Shown in pieces: positions 29,170 through 39,146 of a stretch of 64,000 nt of DNA (position 1 is its first letter; every line of letters begins with the position of its first letter). The stretch is from positions 194,278 through 258,277 of the forward strand of contig JADJPL010000028.1 in assembly GCA_016713275.1 (NCBI GenBank), written 5' to 3'. Both the position numbers and the translations under genes were made by a program. The stretch comes from Haliscomenobacter sp. GTDB lineage: Bacteria; Bacteroidota; Bacteroidia; Chitinophagales; Saprospiraceae. The notes below the pieces were generated by a model that saw only the letters and a list, made by a program, of their open reading frames with translations, made no database searches and was not told the DNA's origin.

Positions 29170-30872
29170 TTACTTATAGCCAGGGTTTTGCACGAACTCC
29201 GATTTATTGGTTACCGCATCTACCTGTTTTTGCGGAATAGGCCGGAGAATGTGATAATCCTGGACGAAGCCGGCAGCGGAGGGGTTGTATTTTTTGACCC
29301 GTTCCACCAGTTTGCCGGTCCGCTTGAGGTCGAACCAGCGCAATTGCTCGCCGGCAAACTCCCGTGCGCGCTCGTCGAGGATGAAGTCCAGGTTTATATT
29401 GCCGGCGGTCACCTGCATATCTGCCGTTTTGCCAGGCTGGGCGGCGCGGGTGCGCACCACATTGATCAGTTCGGCAGCCTTGGTATTGTTGCCGAGGTTC
29501 ATTTCCGCTTCGGCGGCGATCAGATACATTTCTGCCAGGCGGATGATGAACGCATCCCGCGCGCTTTGGGCTTCGTTGAAAGAAGGACGCGTAGGGTCGT
29601 CGAACTTTTTCAACTGAACGAACAACGCATTGCCGTTGCTGGAGCCATCCGCTTTGTACATTTTCGACTGGTCGACGATCAGGTAGGATTTGGTTTTATC
29701 CACGGCGTCGTCGATGTCGTATTTTGTTGCCACGATAGCGGTATCGCCCACCTTAAGCGTTACGTTGATGTCTTCCGTCCCAACTTTTTTCTTATAAGCG
29801 CCTGCCTTGTTGCAAATCCAGGCGGTTTTGAAACTGCCGTCATACCTGCTGTCCTTGGTTTCGTCGAAGAGGTTGAGCAGAAATTTCGTAGGCATATACC
29901 GGGCGAATGGACGCCCGTTGACTACGTCCCGGGACATTCCGATAGAGCCTACCGCGGTGCGTTCGTAGGCCATACAGAAATGGAGGTGCCCGTTATTTCC
30001 TCCGCGAGGGTGGCCATCCGGATTGGTAATGGAGTTGGTGAGGTCGGACAGGGTCAGGTCGACGGTGTAGTTGCAGGCCCAGATGACCTCGCTTTTTTGA
30101 GATTGGACATCGACCAGAGGTCTGCAAATTTGGGAACCAGCTTATAGTTATACGAACTGATCACCTTTTGAGCCAGCGTGGATGCTTGCTGGTTGTTTCC
30201 CAGGGTAAGCTGAACGCGGGCCATGAAGGCTTCTGCTGCCGGTTTGGTGGCTCTGCCATACTGCGTGGTCGTGCTAGGCAGGTTGGATATGGCAATGTTC
30301 AGGTCTTCGACGATTTGCTCGTAAATTTTGGCGCGCGGAGTGCGGTTGGCGGTGGTTTCTGCCGAAGTAGTAGGCGTCGTGGTGAAGTGCACGTCGCCCC
30401 ATTGCTCGGTTAACAACCAGTAGTAATAAGCGCGCAAAAAGCGGAGTTCCCCCTCGCGTACCGTTTTTACGGCATCCGTCAGGCCGGCATCGTTGATGCC
30501 GGAGATTCCCGTATTGCAGAGGTTGATGGCTTGGTAAGAGCGTTGCCAGAGCCGCTCAATAAACGTTTCAGTGGAGGCAAGGCCGGCTTCCGAGCCCTGA
30601 AGGTTGTTGTACGACATAAGATCCAAACGGCGGTTGTCCACTCCAGGAAGCCACAGGTCAGTTCCCATTTCGGTGAGATTATAGGCTTCTTCTTTGCCAT
30701 ACCAGGCCCGGGTGTAGGAGTAAGCCGCATTGACCAGCGTTTCGAAACCGGCGGGGTTGGTGTAAACGGTTACCGCAGTCAGACCAGCGGGGTTTTCCTC
30801 CTCGAGAAGGTCGGCGCAACCCACAGATAAAAAGAGGCCCGCCATAGCGATGATTATATTCAAGCGATTCAT
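29170..30872 (-). pseudogene. susD: SusD/RagB-family outer-membrane lipoprotein; frameshifted in a homopolymer
   Basis: ORFs 30054-30890 (lipoprotein signal LFLSVGC) and 29170-29973 are the N- and C-terminal halves of one SusD-like protein. Reading T6 at 30093-30098 as T7 gives continuous ..LWSMSNLKKSEVIWACNYTVDL..GGNNGHLHFCMAYERT... ATG at 30872. Confidence 0.85.
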
Positions 30873-30906
30873 ATGATGCTGTTTTTTCAATTTAAAGAAG
30901 AATAGA

Positions 30907-33843
30907 TTAAAATTCTACGTTTACGCCGCCTACGATCAGACGGTTCATTGGGCTGCTGGTGCCGCCTCCGCGCTCCGGATCGTAATCGTCGATCTTGGAG
31001 TAGGTCCACAGGTTTCTACCAGAAACGTAGACGCGGAACTTGGACAAATGCATTTTCGATATCAGCGAATTCGGCAGGGAGTATCCAAGGGTAACGCCGC
31101 GTAGCTTGACAAAGGAGCCATCCTGGTAGAACAAGGAAGAATAGTAAAGGGTGGCGCTTTGGGAGCGGTTGGCATTTGGGCGCGGGAAGGCGTTGGTTGG
31201 GTTTTCCGGCGTCCAGTAGTCGTGTACCAAGCTGTTTTCATTGGCCTGCGGGTCGTACACCCCGGTAAACCCATAGCGGATCATCTGTCCCCAGCGTGCG
31301 TACACCTGCAGGTTCAAGTCGAAATTGAAGAACTTCAGGTCGCTGTTGAAATTGCCGATCCAGGAAGGCCTTCCGGAGCCGATAATGATCCGGTCGTTGG
31401 TGGCGTCGATTTTTCCGTCGCCATTCTGATCCTTGACCTTGATATCGCCGGGAAGCTGGTTAAAGGCTTTCGCAGCATCTGCTTCATTGCTTTGCCAGAT
31501 CCCGAGCTTTTCGTAGTCGTAGAAGGATTCTGTCGTTTGCCCGATGAACCAGCCATTGGCTACGTCATTGGACTCGGTAGCCAGTTTAAGGATTTTTTCG
31601 CGCACCCGGAACCAGTTTACCCCGATGTTCCACCGGAAGTTGGCTTTGTCGACTGCAATTGCGTTGACGCCAATTTCGATGCCTTTGTTTTCGGTTTCAC
31701 CGACGTTTTCAATCGTATTAAGCGCCCCGCTGGACAAAGGGAGCAGACGTTGCAGCAGGAGGTCGCTGGTTTTGGTTTGGAAGACGTCGAGGGTACCAAC
31801 GATCCGGTTGTCGAACACACCGAAGTCGACACCGGCATTGGCCGTCGTGGAAGTTTCCCAGCGCAGGTCAGGGTTGCCGATTCGGGTCGAATAGGTATAG
31901 CCGATGGCAGCTGCTTCGTCCCAGGCAAAGGGGACGCGGTTGAGGACGCTTTGGGTGGAATAGGGTTCTACCGCAGAGTTACCGGCGACGCCGTAACTAA
32001 CCCGGATTTTGAGATCGGAGATCACCGGGTTGTTGCTGAGGAAGTTCTCCTGAGTCACCCGCCAGGCAGCGGAGGCAGAAGGGAAAAAGGCCCACTTGTT
32101 GCCTTCGCTCAGCTGAGACGCGCCATCCGTACGCGCGGTCAGGGTTAGCAGGTACTTGTCGTTGTAGTTATAAAGGAGGCGCCCGGTATACGAGAGCAGC
32201 GCGCTTTCCTTATACGCTGCGCCGATGGAAACTTGCGCGTTGGCATTGGCCAGGCCGTAGTACAACTGGTTGGGGATAAGCTGATTGGCGCCTTCCGCGC
32301 TGGAGGATTCGAAGCGGTTGGTCAGCAACGACTGGACGCCCGTGAGAACGAAGCTGTGGTTCTGGAGTTTGAATTCGTAGTTCAGGATGTTCTCGAGGTT
32401 GAGGCCGATGGAGTTGCCGGCAATATAGCGGGCCAAAGGCTGGGCGCCGTTGCGGAAGTTGGTTTGGGACCCTGCGTAGAGGCCCTCGCGGGTGTTGGTC
32501 AGGTTGATCCCCAGGTTGGATTTCAGGCTCAGGTTTTTGAGCGGGTTCACGCTCAGGTAGGCTGAAGAGAAAATCCGGGTGGTTCGCAGGTTGTTTTCGT
32601 AGTTGTTTTCCAGCAAATCGGTGAGCGGGTTGATGTTCCGTCCGTTGTTGATCAAGGGAATGAGGTTGCCATCCGCGTCGTAGGGCACTTCCAGTGGAAC
32701 GAGTTTGTTTGCGGTTCCCAGGGGATCGAAGCGGAGATCCTGGTCGTAGAAGGTGATCTGATTTTGCGTGCCGAACTGGAACTTGTCGGAAATCTTGTGA
32801 TCGATGTTGGCACGGAAGTTATAGCGGTTCAGCACGTCTTTTTCCAGAAGTCCCTCTTCGTTGAAATACGACATGGAAACGTAAAAGTTGGTTTTTGCCG
32901 TGCCGGAGGTAATGCCCAGTTGGTAATCGGATTGCTTTCCATCCTGGAGGAAAATATCCGGCCAGTAGGTGCCGGTGCTATTGAGGAGGTTGCCAAAAAT
33001 TTTGGCGTCGTCCGCAGAAGAGGTCCAGTTTCCGGTGGTCCGGTTCGCTTCGCGGCGAAAGGCTTTGTATTCTTCAGGCCCCATGACGCGCGGGTAGCCT
33101 GCGAGGGTCGACACGCCGGTATAGGCGTTGAAGGAGACATTGGTCTTCCCTGTGCGTCCCTTTTTAGTGGTAATGATGATAACGCCGTTTGCTCCTCTGG
33201 AGCCATAAATCGCGGTCGATGCAGCGTCTTTCAAAACCTCCATCGATTCGATATCGTTGGGGTTGAGGTCCTGGATGTTGCTGTACTGAATCCCATCCAC
33301 GATAAAGAGCGGAGCGTTGGAAGCGGTCAGGGAGCGGTTGCCGCGCACCAGGACGTTAATCCCCGCGCCTGCGCCTCCGCTCGAACGGGTAATATCCACC
33401 CCAGGAAGCTTGCCCTGAAGGGATTCGATGACGTTGGTCGTCGGTACGGTTTTCAGGTCTTCCGCCTTAACGGAAACGATAGCGCCGGTTACGTTGCTCT
33501 TTTTTACGGTGCCATAGCCAATGATGACGACCTCTTCGAGGGCTACCTGGTCGGTTTCAAGGGCGGCATCGATTTTTTTCCGGCCCCCGACCGGTTCTTC
33601 GAGGGTGACATAGCCGATGTAGGAAAAAGCCAGCACGCCATCGGCAGGTACGGACAGGCTGTAGTTGCCGTCAATATCCGTGATGGTCCCAAGGCTGGCA
33701 TCCCCTTTCAGCAAGACGTTGCATCCAATGACCGGCTCGCCGCTGGCTTTGTCGGTGACTTTGCCTGTTACGGTAATTGTTCCCTGGCCCCAGAGGACCA
33801 TGACCGCGCAAAGGTTCAATAGCGCAGTTGCTAAAATTTTCAT
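30907..33843 (-). CDS. susC: SusC/RagA-family TonB-linked outer-membrane transporter
   Basis: 978 aa with a signal peptide, carboxypeptidase-regulatory-like N-domain (ITVTGKVTDKASGEPVIGCNVLLKG), plug (IIGYGTVKKSNVTGA) and terminal Phe. Lies directly upstream of susD. Confidence 0.9.
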   Translation of the reverse strand: MKILATALLNLCAVMVLWGQGTITVTGKVTDKASGEPVIGCNVLLKGDASLGTITDIDGNYSLSVPADGVLAFSYIGYVTLEEPVGGRKKIDAALETDQVALEEVVIIGYGTVKKSNVTGAIVSVKAEDLKTVPTTNVIESLQGKLPGVDITRSSGGAGAGINVLVRGNRSLTASNAPLFIVDGIQYSNIQDLNPNDIESMEVLKDAASTAIYGSRGANGVIIITTKKGRTGKTNVSFNAYTGVSTLAGYPRVMGPEEYKAFRREANRTTGNWTSSADDAKIFGNLLNSTGTYWPDIFLQDGKQSDYQLGITSGTAKTNFYVSMSYFNEEGLLEKDVLNRYNFRANIDHKISDKFQFGTQNQITFYDQDLRFDPLGTANKLVPLEVPYDADGNLIPLINNGRNINPLTDLLENNYENNLRTTRIFSSAYLSVNPLKNLSLKSNLGINLTNTREGLYAGSQTNFRNGAQPLARYIAGNSIGLNLENILNYEFKLQNHSFVLTGVQSLLTNRFESSSAEGANQLIPNQLYYGLANANAQVSIGAAYKESALLSYTGRLLYNYNDKYLLTLTARTDGASQLSEGNKWAFFPSASAAWRVTQENFLSNNPVISDLKIRVSYGVAGNSAVEPYSTQSVLNRVPFAWDEAAAIGYTYSTRIGNPDLRWETSTTANAGVDFGVFDNRIVGTLDVFQTKTSDLLLQRLLPLSSGALNTIENVGETENKGIEIGVNAIAVDKANFRWNIGVNWFRVREKILKLATESNDVANGWFIGQTTESFYDYEKLGIWQSNEADAAKAFNQLPGDIKVKDQNGDGKIDATNDRIIIGSGRPSWIGNFNSDLKFFNFDLNLQVYARWGQMIRYGFTGVYDPQANENSLVHDYWTPENPTNAFPRPNANRSQSATLYYSSLFYQDGSFVKLRGVTLGYSLPNSLISKMHLSKFRVYVSGRNLWTYSKIDDYDPERGGGTSSPMNRLIVGGVNVEF

Positions 33844-34309
33844 ACAGGTAAGGATTGGTTAAGTTAAATAAAGCATTGTGAGTGGTATACATAGAGAGTT
33901 TTTCTCTGCAACGAAGCAAGAGGCGCCATAGAATACGCTTTGTTGGGTGAAATAAGGCTTCTTAGTTGCAGCAACTTGTTTGCGCCGGATCAACCCGGAA
34001 TACTTCAGCGAAAGTTTGCCGGCTATTCGAAACAGCAAACAATTTTTTAGAAAAAATGCCGGTACAAGGCGGTTTTTCCAAAACAATAATTTTATGTTCT
34101 CACGTGCTAAGATTTACTATTTGGATTAGATTTAGTAGCGTTGCCCTGGATTTATTTACGCAATCGTTCCCGGAGGCAGTCAGGGGATTGACCTATTTAT
34201 AAATAAATGCGTACTTTTAGCAATACGGGTTGCCTCGGCCATTAAGCTGGTTGATTTCCCTAGGGCAAACGGCAAAAACTAACCGGTTTCTATCACCTCC
34301 GCTCGGATT

Positions 34310-35311
34310 ATGCTTAAACCAACCATCAAGGATATAGCCAAAGCGTTGAACCTGTCGACCTCGACGGTTTCCAGGGCACTTCGCGACAGTTATGAGATCA
34401 GTTCGGGCACCAAGCAGAAAATCCTGGAATACGCCCAGGCGGTAAACTATACCCCAAACCCGATTGCCCTTAGCCTGCGCGAAAACAAAAGCCATTCGAT
34501 TTGCGTCATTGTTCCGCAGATTGCGAACGCTTTTTTCTCGGAAGTGATCAATGGGATTGACGAAACCGCTTACCGCCGCGGCTATCACGTCGTCATTTTT
34601 CAAACCCACGAGCAATATGAACGGGAAATACGCGACCTGAACAGCGGATTGGCGCGTCGCGCTGATGGGGTTGTCATCTCTTTATCCGGGACCACCACCG
34701 ATTTTGATCATTTCAGGCAGCTCCAGGCGGAGCAGGTGCCCATTGTGTTTTTCGACCGGGTGCCGCCCTTTGATAACTGCCATAAGGTCGTTGCCGACAA
34801 TTTTGCAGGCGCTTACGAAGGTACCCGGTACTGCTGTCCAAGGGCAAAAAACGGATTGCTCACATTACCAGCCCTGCTGTTCTGTCTATCACCAGAGAAC
34901 GGCTGGAAGGGTATAAAACCTGCCTCCAGGACTTCGGGGCGCCTTTGGAAGAGGGGCTTATCCGGTTTTGCCCTTTTTGATACGGCAGAAACCCTGCAAA
35001 CCATTGAGGAAATCATCCATACGGAACACCCCGACAGTTTCTTTCTGAGCAGCGAACGCCTGGCGCTTTACTCGTTGAAGGGGATCAAGAAAAACCAGCA
35101 TCTGCTTCCTCCGGATCTGGAAATCATCGGGTTTTCCAATAATCCATACAATGGGTTGCTGGATCTGCCCTTTATCTCTATTCAACAACCCGCTTTTGAG
35201 ATGGGGAAACAAGCAGCCGACTTGCTCATCGACGCTATCGAGTCCAGGCAAAAGCAAACCAGCTTTAAGAAAATCGTTCTGAAGCCGACGATTCTTGCTG
35301 CAAACGCGTAG
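34310..35311 (+). pseudogene. LacI-family transcriptional regulator with two compensating frameshifts
   Basis: HTH IKDIAKALNLSTSTVSRALR. Residues ~175-222 of the long ORF are out of frame. The true frame between ~34831 and 34978 reads YLLSKGKKRIAHITSPAVLSITRERLEGYKTCLQDFGAPLEEGLIRFCPF, a typical LacI core. Confidence 0.8.
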
Positions 35312-35445
35312 GCGGGTATAGGCGTTTGCCGGGCAATGGCGATCTGGAGGGGGGTAAAAAAACAAGCCCGGGAAACAGCCTGAAACCTCGCTGCTTCCCG
35401 GACCTGATGGATACTTGTTTACGCTGCCGGAATAAACAAGTTGGA

Positions 35446-36678
35446 CTAGTTCAACGATACGTTGAACGAAACTTCTTTGAATTGTGAAGTACGGCTCCCT
35501 CCGTAGGCCCAAAGGGCTCTGCCGGTAGCCATCCTCAGATGGAGGCCTTTCCAAAAGACGCCTGCTACGGCTTGCCTCCCTTCGTAAGGGTAGTTTTCGT
35601 GGCGCAACACATGGCCCCAGGCGGCGTCTGCCACACTGTAGAACGTGGCCGCCCCCGCGTTGACTGCAAAACCCAGGCGAACCAGAGGGCCCAGGCCGGT
35701 TGTTTTCCCCTTGTTCTTGAAGGACGAAGGCCTGTCCTGGTAAATCCGGGCAGGCATATAGACGTCCGCTTTGGCGCCAACGCCTGCGATCAGGCGCATA
35801 ACGCCTCCGGTGAAGGGGATTTCCGGCCGGTACTGGAACGAGAAACTGCCGCCAGCCAGGAGCGGATTCAATTGTTTTTGGTCCGTTGCCGGGTTTTCGT
35901 TCAGGCTGTGGTTGGATTGGATGAAGTTGAATGAAATCCAGCTATCCCACTCCATGCCCCACAAGTTGTCGTAGTTCGGAGCAGAACCAAAGCGGATCAG
36001 GCTAACCGAAGCGCTGTCGGGTTCGTCGTCGTAATACACGGCGTAGGCCGATTGCATGCCGGCGCCGATCTCCAGTCCGCCGAAGTCATTCAGAAAGGAA
36101 TTCACCGATTTTTCCCAGTTTCCCGGTTGGTTGGGCGTTCCATCCAAAACGGCAAAGAAAGCGTCCGAGCTTTTTTTCAAGGCTTCCTCCTGCTCATTGA
36201 GGGTGTTTTTAAACTGGTTTTCGGCCTGATCGAGGAGTTTCTTATCCATCGTCAGGCTATCCCGGTTTGCATCCAGGGCGGTTTGAAGCTGCCCCAATTC
36301 GGCAATCCATCCGGCGTTGGCCTGATCGAATCCATTGAGGATAGCGGCGCTTCCGGCAGAGCCAAATACATCGCTTCCGGAGAGCAGGTCTTCCAGGTTC
36401 TCCCGGCCTTGCTCCCATGCATTGAGCATGGAGTCAATTCCGGCGGTAGGGTCGGCAACAGGTAGGTCGTTTCGTAGTTGCTTGAAGATGGCGAGTTGCG
36501 ACCGTCCCCCTCTATAGGTTTCAATGAGGGTCATACGCAACTCCATTCGGAACACGGCGCGTTCGTGCGGTTTCAAGAGCTGGAAAAGGTGTTCGAATTC
36601 CTGAAAGTCCTGGGCAGCAAGGGGCTTAACGAGGAAAAGGATCACCAAGCTCGCAATGGTGGTCAAAGTTGTTTTCAT
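35446..36678 (-). CDS. Hypothetical secreted/outer-membrane protein
   Basis: 410 aa ORF with a signal peptide (MKTTLTTIASLVILFLVKPLAAQ). The C-terminal half has an alternating beta-strand-like pattern. No motif recognised. Confidence 0.5.
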   Translation of the reverse strand: MKTTLTTIASLVILFLVKPLAAQDFQEFEHLFQLLKPHERAVFRMELRMTLIETYRGGRSQLAIFKQLRNDLPVADPTAGIDSMLNAWEQGRENLEDLLSGSDVFGSAGSAAILNGFDQANAGWIAELGQLQTALDANRDSLTMDKKLLDQAENQFKNTLNEQEEALKKSSDAFFAVLDGTPNQPGNWEKSVNSFLNDFGGLEIGAGMQSAYAVYYDDEPDSASVSLIRFGSAPNYDNLWGMEWDSWISFNFIQSNHSLNENPATDQKQLNPLLAGGSFSFQYRPEIPFTGGVMRLIAGVGAKADVYMPARIYQDRPSSFKNKGKTTGLGPLVRLGFAVNAGAATFYSVADAAWGHVLRHENYPYEGRQAVAGVFWKGLHLRMATGRALWAYGGSRTSQFKEVSFNVSLN

Positions 36679-37141
36679 GAAAACAGAGGTTTGTAAAATA
36701 CTTAAAATACATATGCGTCTTTAAACGGCTTAAGCTCGCCCCAAAAAAGACAAGCCCGCGCCATTTTTGAATCAATGGTGAACAGATCGCACAGGTATGT
36801 AGTAGCTTCTCAAACCTCAGAAGGCAAAATAAAGGACCCGCAACGCTCCTGCTCTGGAGGTTGCGCCCGGCTCTTGGGAATGGTTATTTTAATGGCTGAA
36901 CGAAAAGGCGCTGACTAATCGAGGGCCCCCGTGCAACATGCAACGGGTTCGTCCAATAGATTGGACATGCCAGCGGTTAACATGGCAGCGTCTAGTTTTA
37001 ACTAATCAGTCTAAGGGAGGGGGGAAGTGCTCTCAAATGCATTGCAAAGTTGCGCGCTTTTATCTTCTTTGTCAAGGTAATCAGATAAAATTAATGTTAC
37101 TTTTTTAAACGGATGGAAATGGCCAGGAAGCGGCACAAATG

Positions 37142-37162
37142 AAAAAGGCAGCGCATGCTGCC
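37142..37162 (-). terminator. Rho-independent terminator downstream of tRNA-Thr
   Basis: Minus strand reads GGCAGC-ATGC-GCTGCC followed by TTTTT, starting 7 nt after the tRNA 3' end. Confidence 0.7.
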
Positions 37163-37168
37163 TTTTGA

Positions 37169-37244
<76 letters not shown>

Positions 37245-37348
37245 TGGTGCGTTTTATGGTGGGTGCAAAGGTAGGAAAAACTTCTTTTTTTCAAAAGAAC
37301 CCGTTTTAGAAAAATTAGCCCTGCTGTTTGATAAACCTAACCTTACCT

Positions 37349-37428
37349 CGCAACTTCGCAACCTCGCAACCTCGCAACCTCGCAACTTCGCAACCTCGCA
37401 ACTTCGCAACTTCGCAACTTCGCAACTT
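37349..37428. repeat. Tandem octamer repeat (CGCAACYT) x10
   Basis: Ten contiguous 8-mers, CGCAACTT or CGCAACCT, end exactly at the base before the ldcA stop codon (37429-37431). No inverted partner nearby. Confidence 0.95.
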
Positions 37429-38475
37429 TTATCCCACCCCCGCTTCCAGCAGGGTAAGCGTAAAGCGATCGGTATCCAGTTCGGCTTGAATGCCCATAGG
37501 CAGGGTACACTGGTTGGCGATATGCCCAAACGTGAGTCCGTATACAGCGGGGCGGCCCAGGTCGGAGAGGCGGTCGGCTACCGTTTCGGCAAGGGTAAGG
37601 GATTCGTCGCCGGGTTCGGGGACGCAGCCTGCAAAAACCCCCAGCGCGAACGCCGCCGCCTGATCGAGGTTGGCGGATTGCCGGAGCTGGGTGAGCATGC
37701 GGTCGACGCGGTAGGGTTTTTCGTCGATATCTTCCATGAAAATCAGTTTCCCGGCGGCATTCAGCCCGAAGCCCGTGCCTGCCATAGCGGCCAGGAGGGA
37801 TAGGTTGCCTCCGGAGAGCGGCCCTTTGACACGCCCGGGACGCAGAACCTGGGATTTGTAGAGGTCCGGATTTTTGACGTCTCCATGGTCGGAGAGCATT
37901 TGGATCACATGGGGCGCCGCGCCGTCCATAAGAACCGCTTTGACGTGCGAAGCCGTATAGGAGGTGAAATCGGAGCCCGCAACCGGGCCGTGAAAGGTAA
38001 CGAGCCCGGTTTGCTGGTGAATGGCCAGGTGCAAGGCGGTAATGTCGCTGTAGCCGATGAGGGCTTTCGGGTTTTTGGCGATGAGCTCGTATTCGATGTC
38101 CGGGAGCAGGCGGGTGCATCCATAGCCGCCCCTGGCGCACCATACAGCCCGGATGTCGGGATTGGCAAATGCGGTATGGAGGTCGTCGAGACGTTGCTGG
38201 TCTGTGCCGGCAATGTAGCCCCGCTTCGCGCGAATATGTTTCCCAAGGACAACTTCAAACCCCAGGTTTCGGATATTGGCGATCGCTTTCTCGAGGGTGC
38301 GGTCGGGAATAAAACTTCCGGGGGTGATCAGGCCCACCTTGTCGCCAGGTTTGAGGCGGGGAGGCTTGACGAGGGAAGGCGGCGCAGCGGGGTTGGGAAA
38401 AAAGGAACCTCCTTTTCCCAAAACAGGCAAAAAAGCGCCCAGGCCCAGATGGCGGGTAAAGATCCGTCGATTCAT
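37429..38475 (-). CDS. ldcA: LD-carboxypeptidase (muramoyltetrapeptide carboxypeptidase, peptidase S66)
   Basis: LKPGDKVGLITPGS, GYSDITALH (nucleophile Ser) and a C-terminal FGH motif. Start at MNRRIFTRHLGLGAF (38475). Confidence 0.85.
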   Translation of the reverse strand: MNRRIFTRHLGLGAFLPVLGKGGSFFPNPAAPPSLVKPPRLKPGDKVGLITPGSFIPDRTLEKAIANIRNLGFEVVLGKHIRAKRGYIAGTDQQRLDDLHTAFANPDIRAVWCARGGYGCTRLLPDIEYELIAKNPKALIGYSDITALHLAIHQQTGLVTFHGPVAGSDFTSYTASHVKAVLMDGAAPHVIQMLSDHGDVKNPDLYKSQVLRPGRVKGPLSGGNLSLLAAMAGTGFGLNAAGKLIFMEDIDEKPYRVDRMLTQLRQSANLDQAAAFALGVFAGCVPEPGDESLTLAETVADRLSDLGRPAVYGLTFGHIANQCTLPMGIQAELDTDRFTLTLLEAGVG

Positions 38476-38483
38476 GGTATGGA

Positions 38484-39032
38484 TTAATTGAACTGGTCGG
38501 TCCAATCCCGGCGAAGGCTTTCCGGGCTCAGGCGGAACGAGTAGTCCCGGTCGGAGGTATAGCCAAAGGTCGCGTGCGGCAGGAGCCGGGCGAGAAACCG
38601 GGATACAGTGCGCAGATGATTGCCGGGCAACCGAACGCTCATCTCGGTGCCGTCGGCCATTTTAAAAAACATCGTCCCTGTCCGCATCAGCAAAATGCCA
38701 AAAGGCATGCGCTCTGTGACGACCGAGTAGATCCATACGACCTGCCCGGGCTGGTTCTGGAGGATATTCAACAACCGATTGCTGCCTTTTCGAAGATTGG
38801 AAATCGTATATTGCAACAATTTGGTGGCAATAAGCGAAATCGACAGCCCCATGACCATGAGAACCATGTTGCTGTGGTAGCAATTATACACAATGTAGAG
38901 CCCAAGAAAAAACAATCCAAGGCTCGCCGCAAACTGCAGGCGCAGTTCCCGCCGGATCGCCCGCTGGAGCAGGCGCATCGCCGGATGCCGATAGAGTGGA
39001 TTGCGTTTCAAAGGAAAATTGTTTTCAAACAA
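38484..39032 (-). CDS. Hypothetical membrane protein (two TM helices plus a soluble C-terminal domain)
   Basis: 182 aa ORF, 8 nt upstream of ldcA on the same strand. Has a hydrophobic hairpin (LGLFFLGLYIVYNCY..VLMVMGLSISLIAT). Confidence 0.5.
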   Translation of the reverse strand: MFENNFPLKRNPLYRHPAMRLLQRAIRRELRLQFAASLGLFFLGLYIVYNCYHSNMVLMVMGLSISLIATKLLQYTISNLRKGSNRLLNILQNQPGQVVWIYSVVTERMPFGILLMRTGTMFFKMADGTEMSVRLPGNHLRTVSRFLARLLPHATFGYTSDRDYSFRLSPESLRRDWTDQFN

Positions 39033-39146
39033 TTTGTTGTGTAATGATAGCTATTTTTTTATCTTTGGTGCAAAGGTATCGAACTTTTTCCCCCAATGCC
39101 CAATTTAATCCTATTTTAAGGAAAGTTTAAAACTTTTAAACGCCAT

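Noticed and set aside
36790-37010. tmRNA, RNase P RNA, SRP RNA or 6S RNA.
   Set aside because: None of the diagnostic strings is present on either strand (GGAAAGTCCGG for RNase P, GGTTCGA-type T-arm plus tag ORF for tmRNA, GGAAGCAGCC-type helix 8 for SRP). It is kept only as a low-interest structured spacer.
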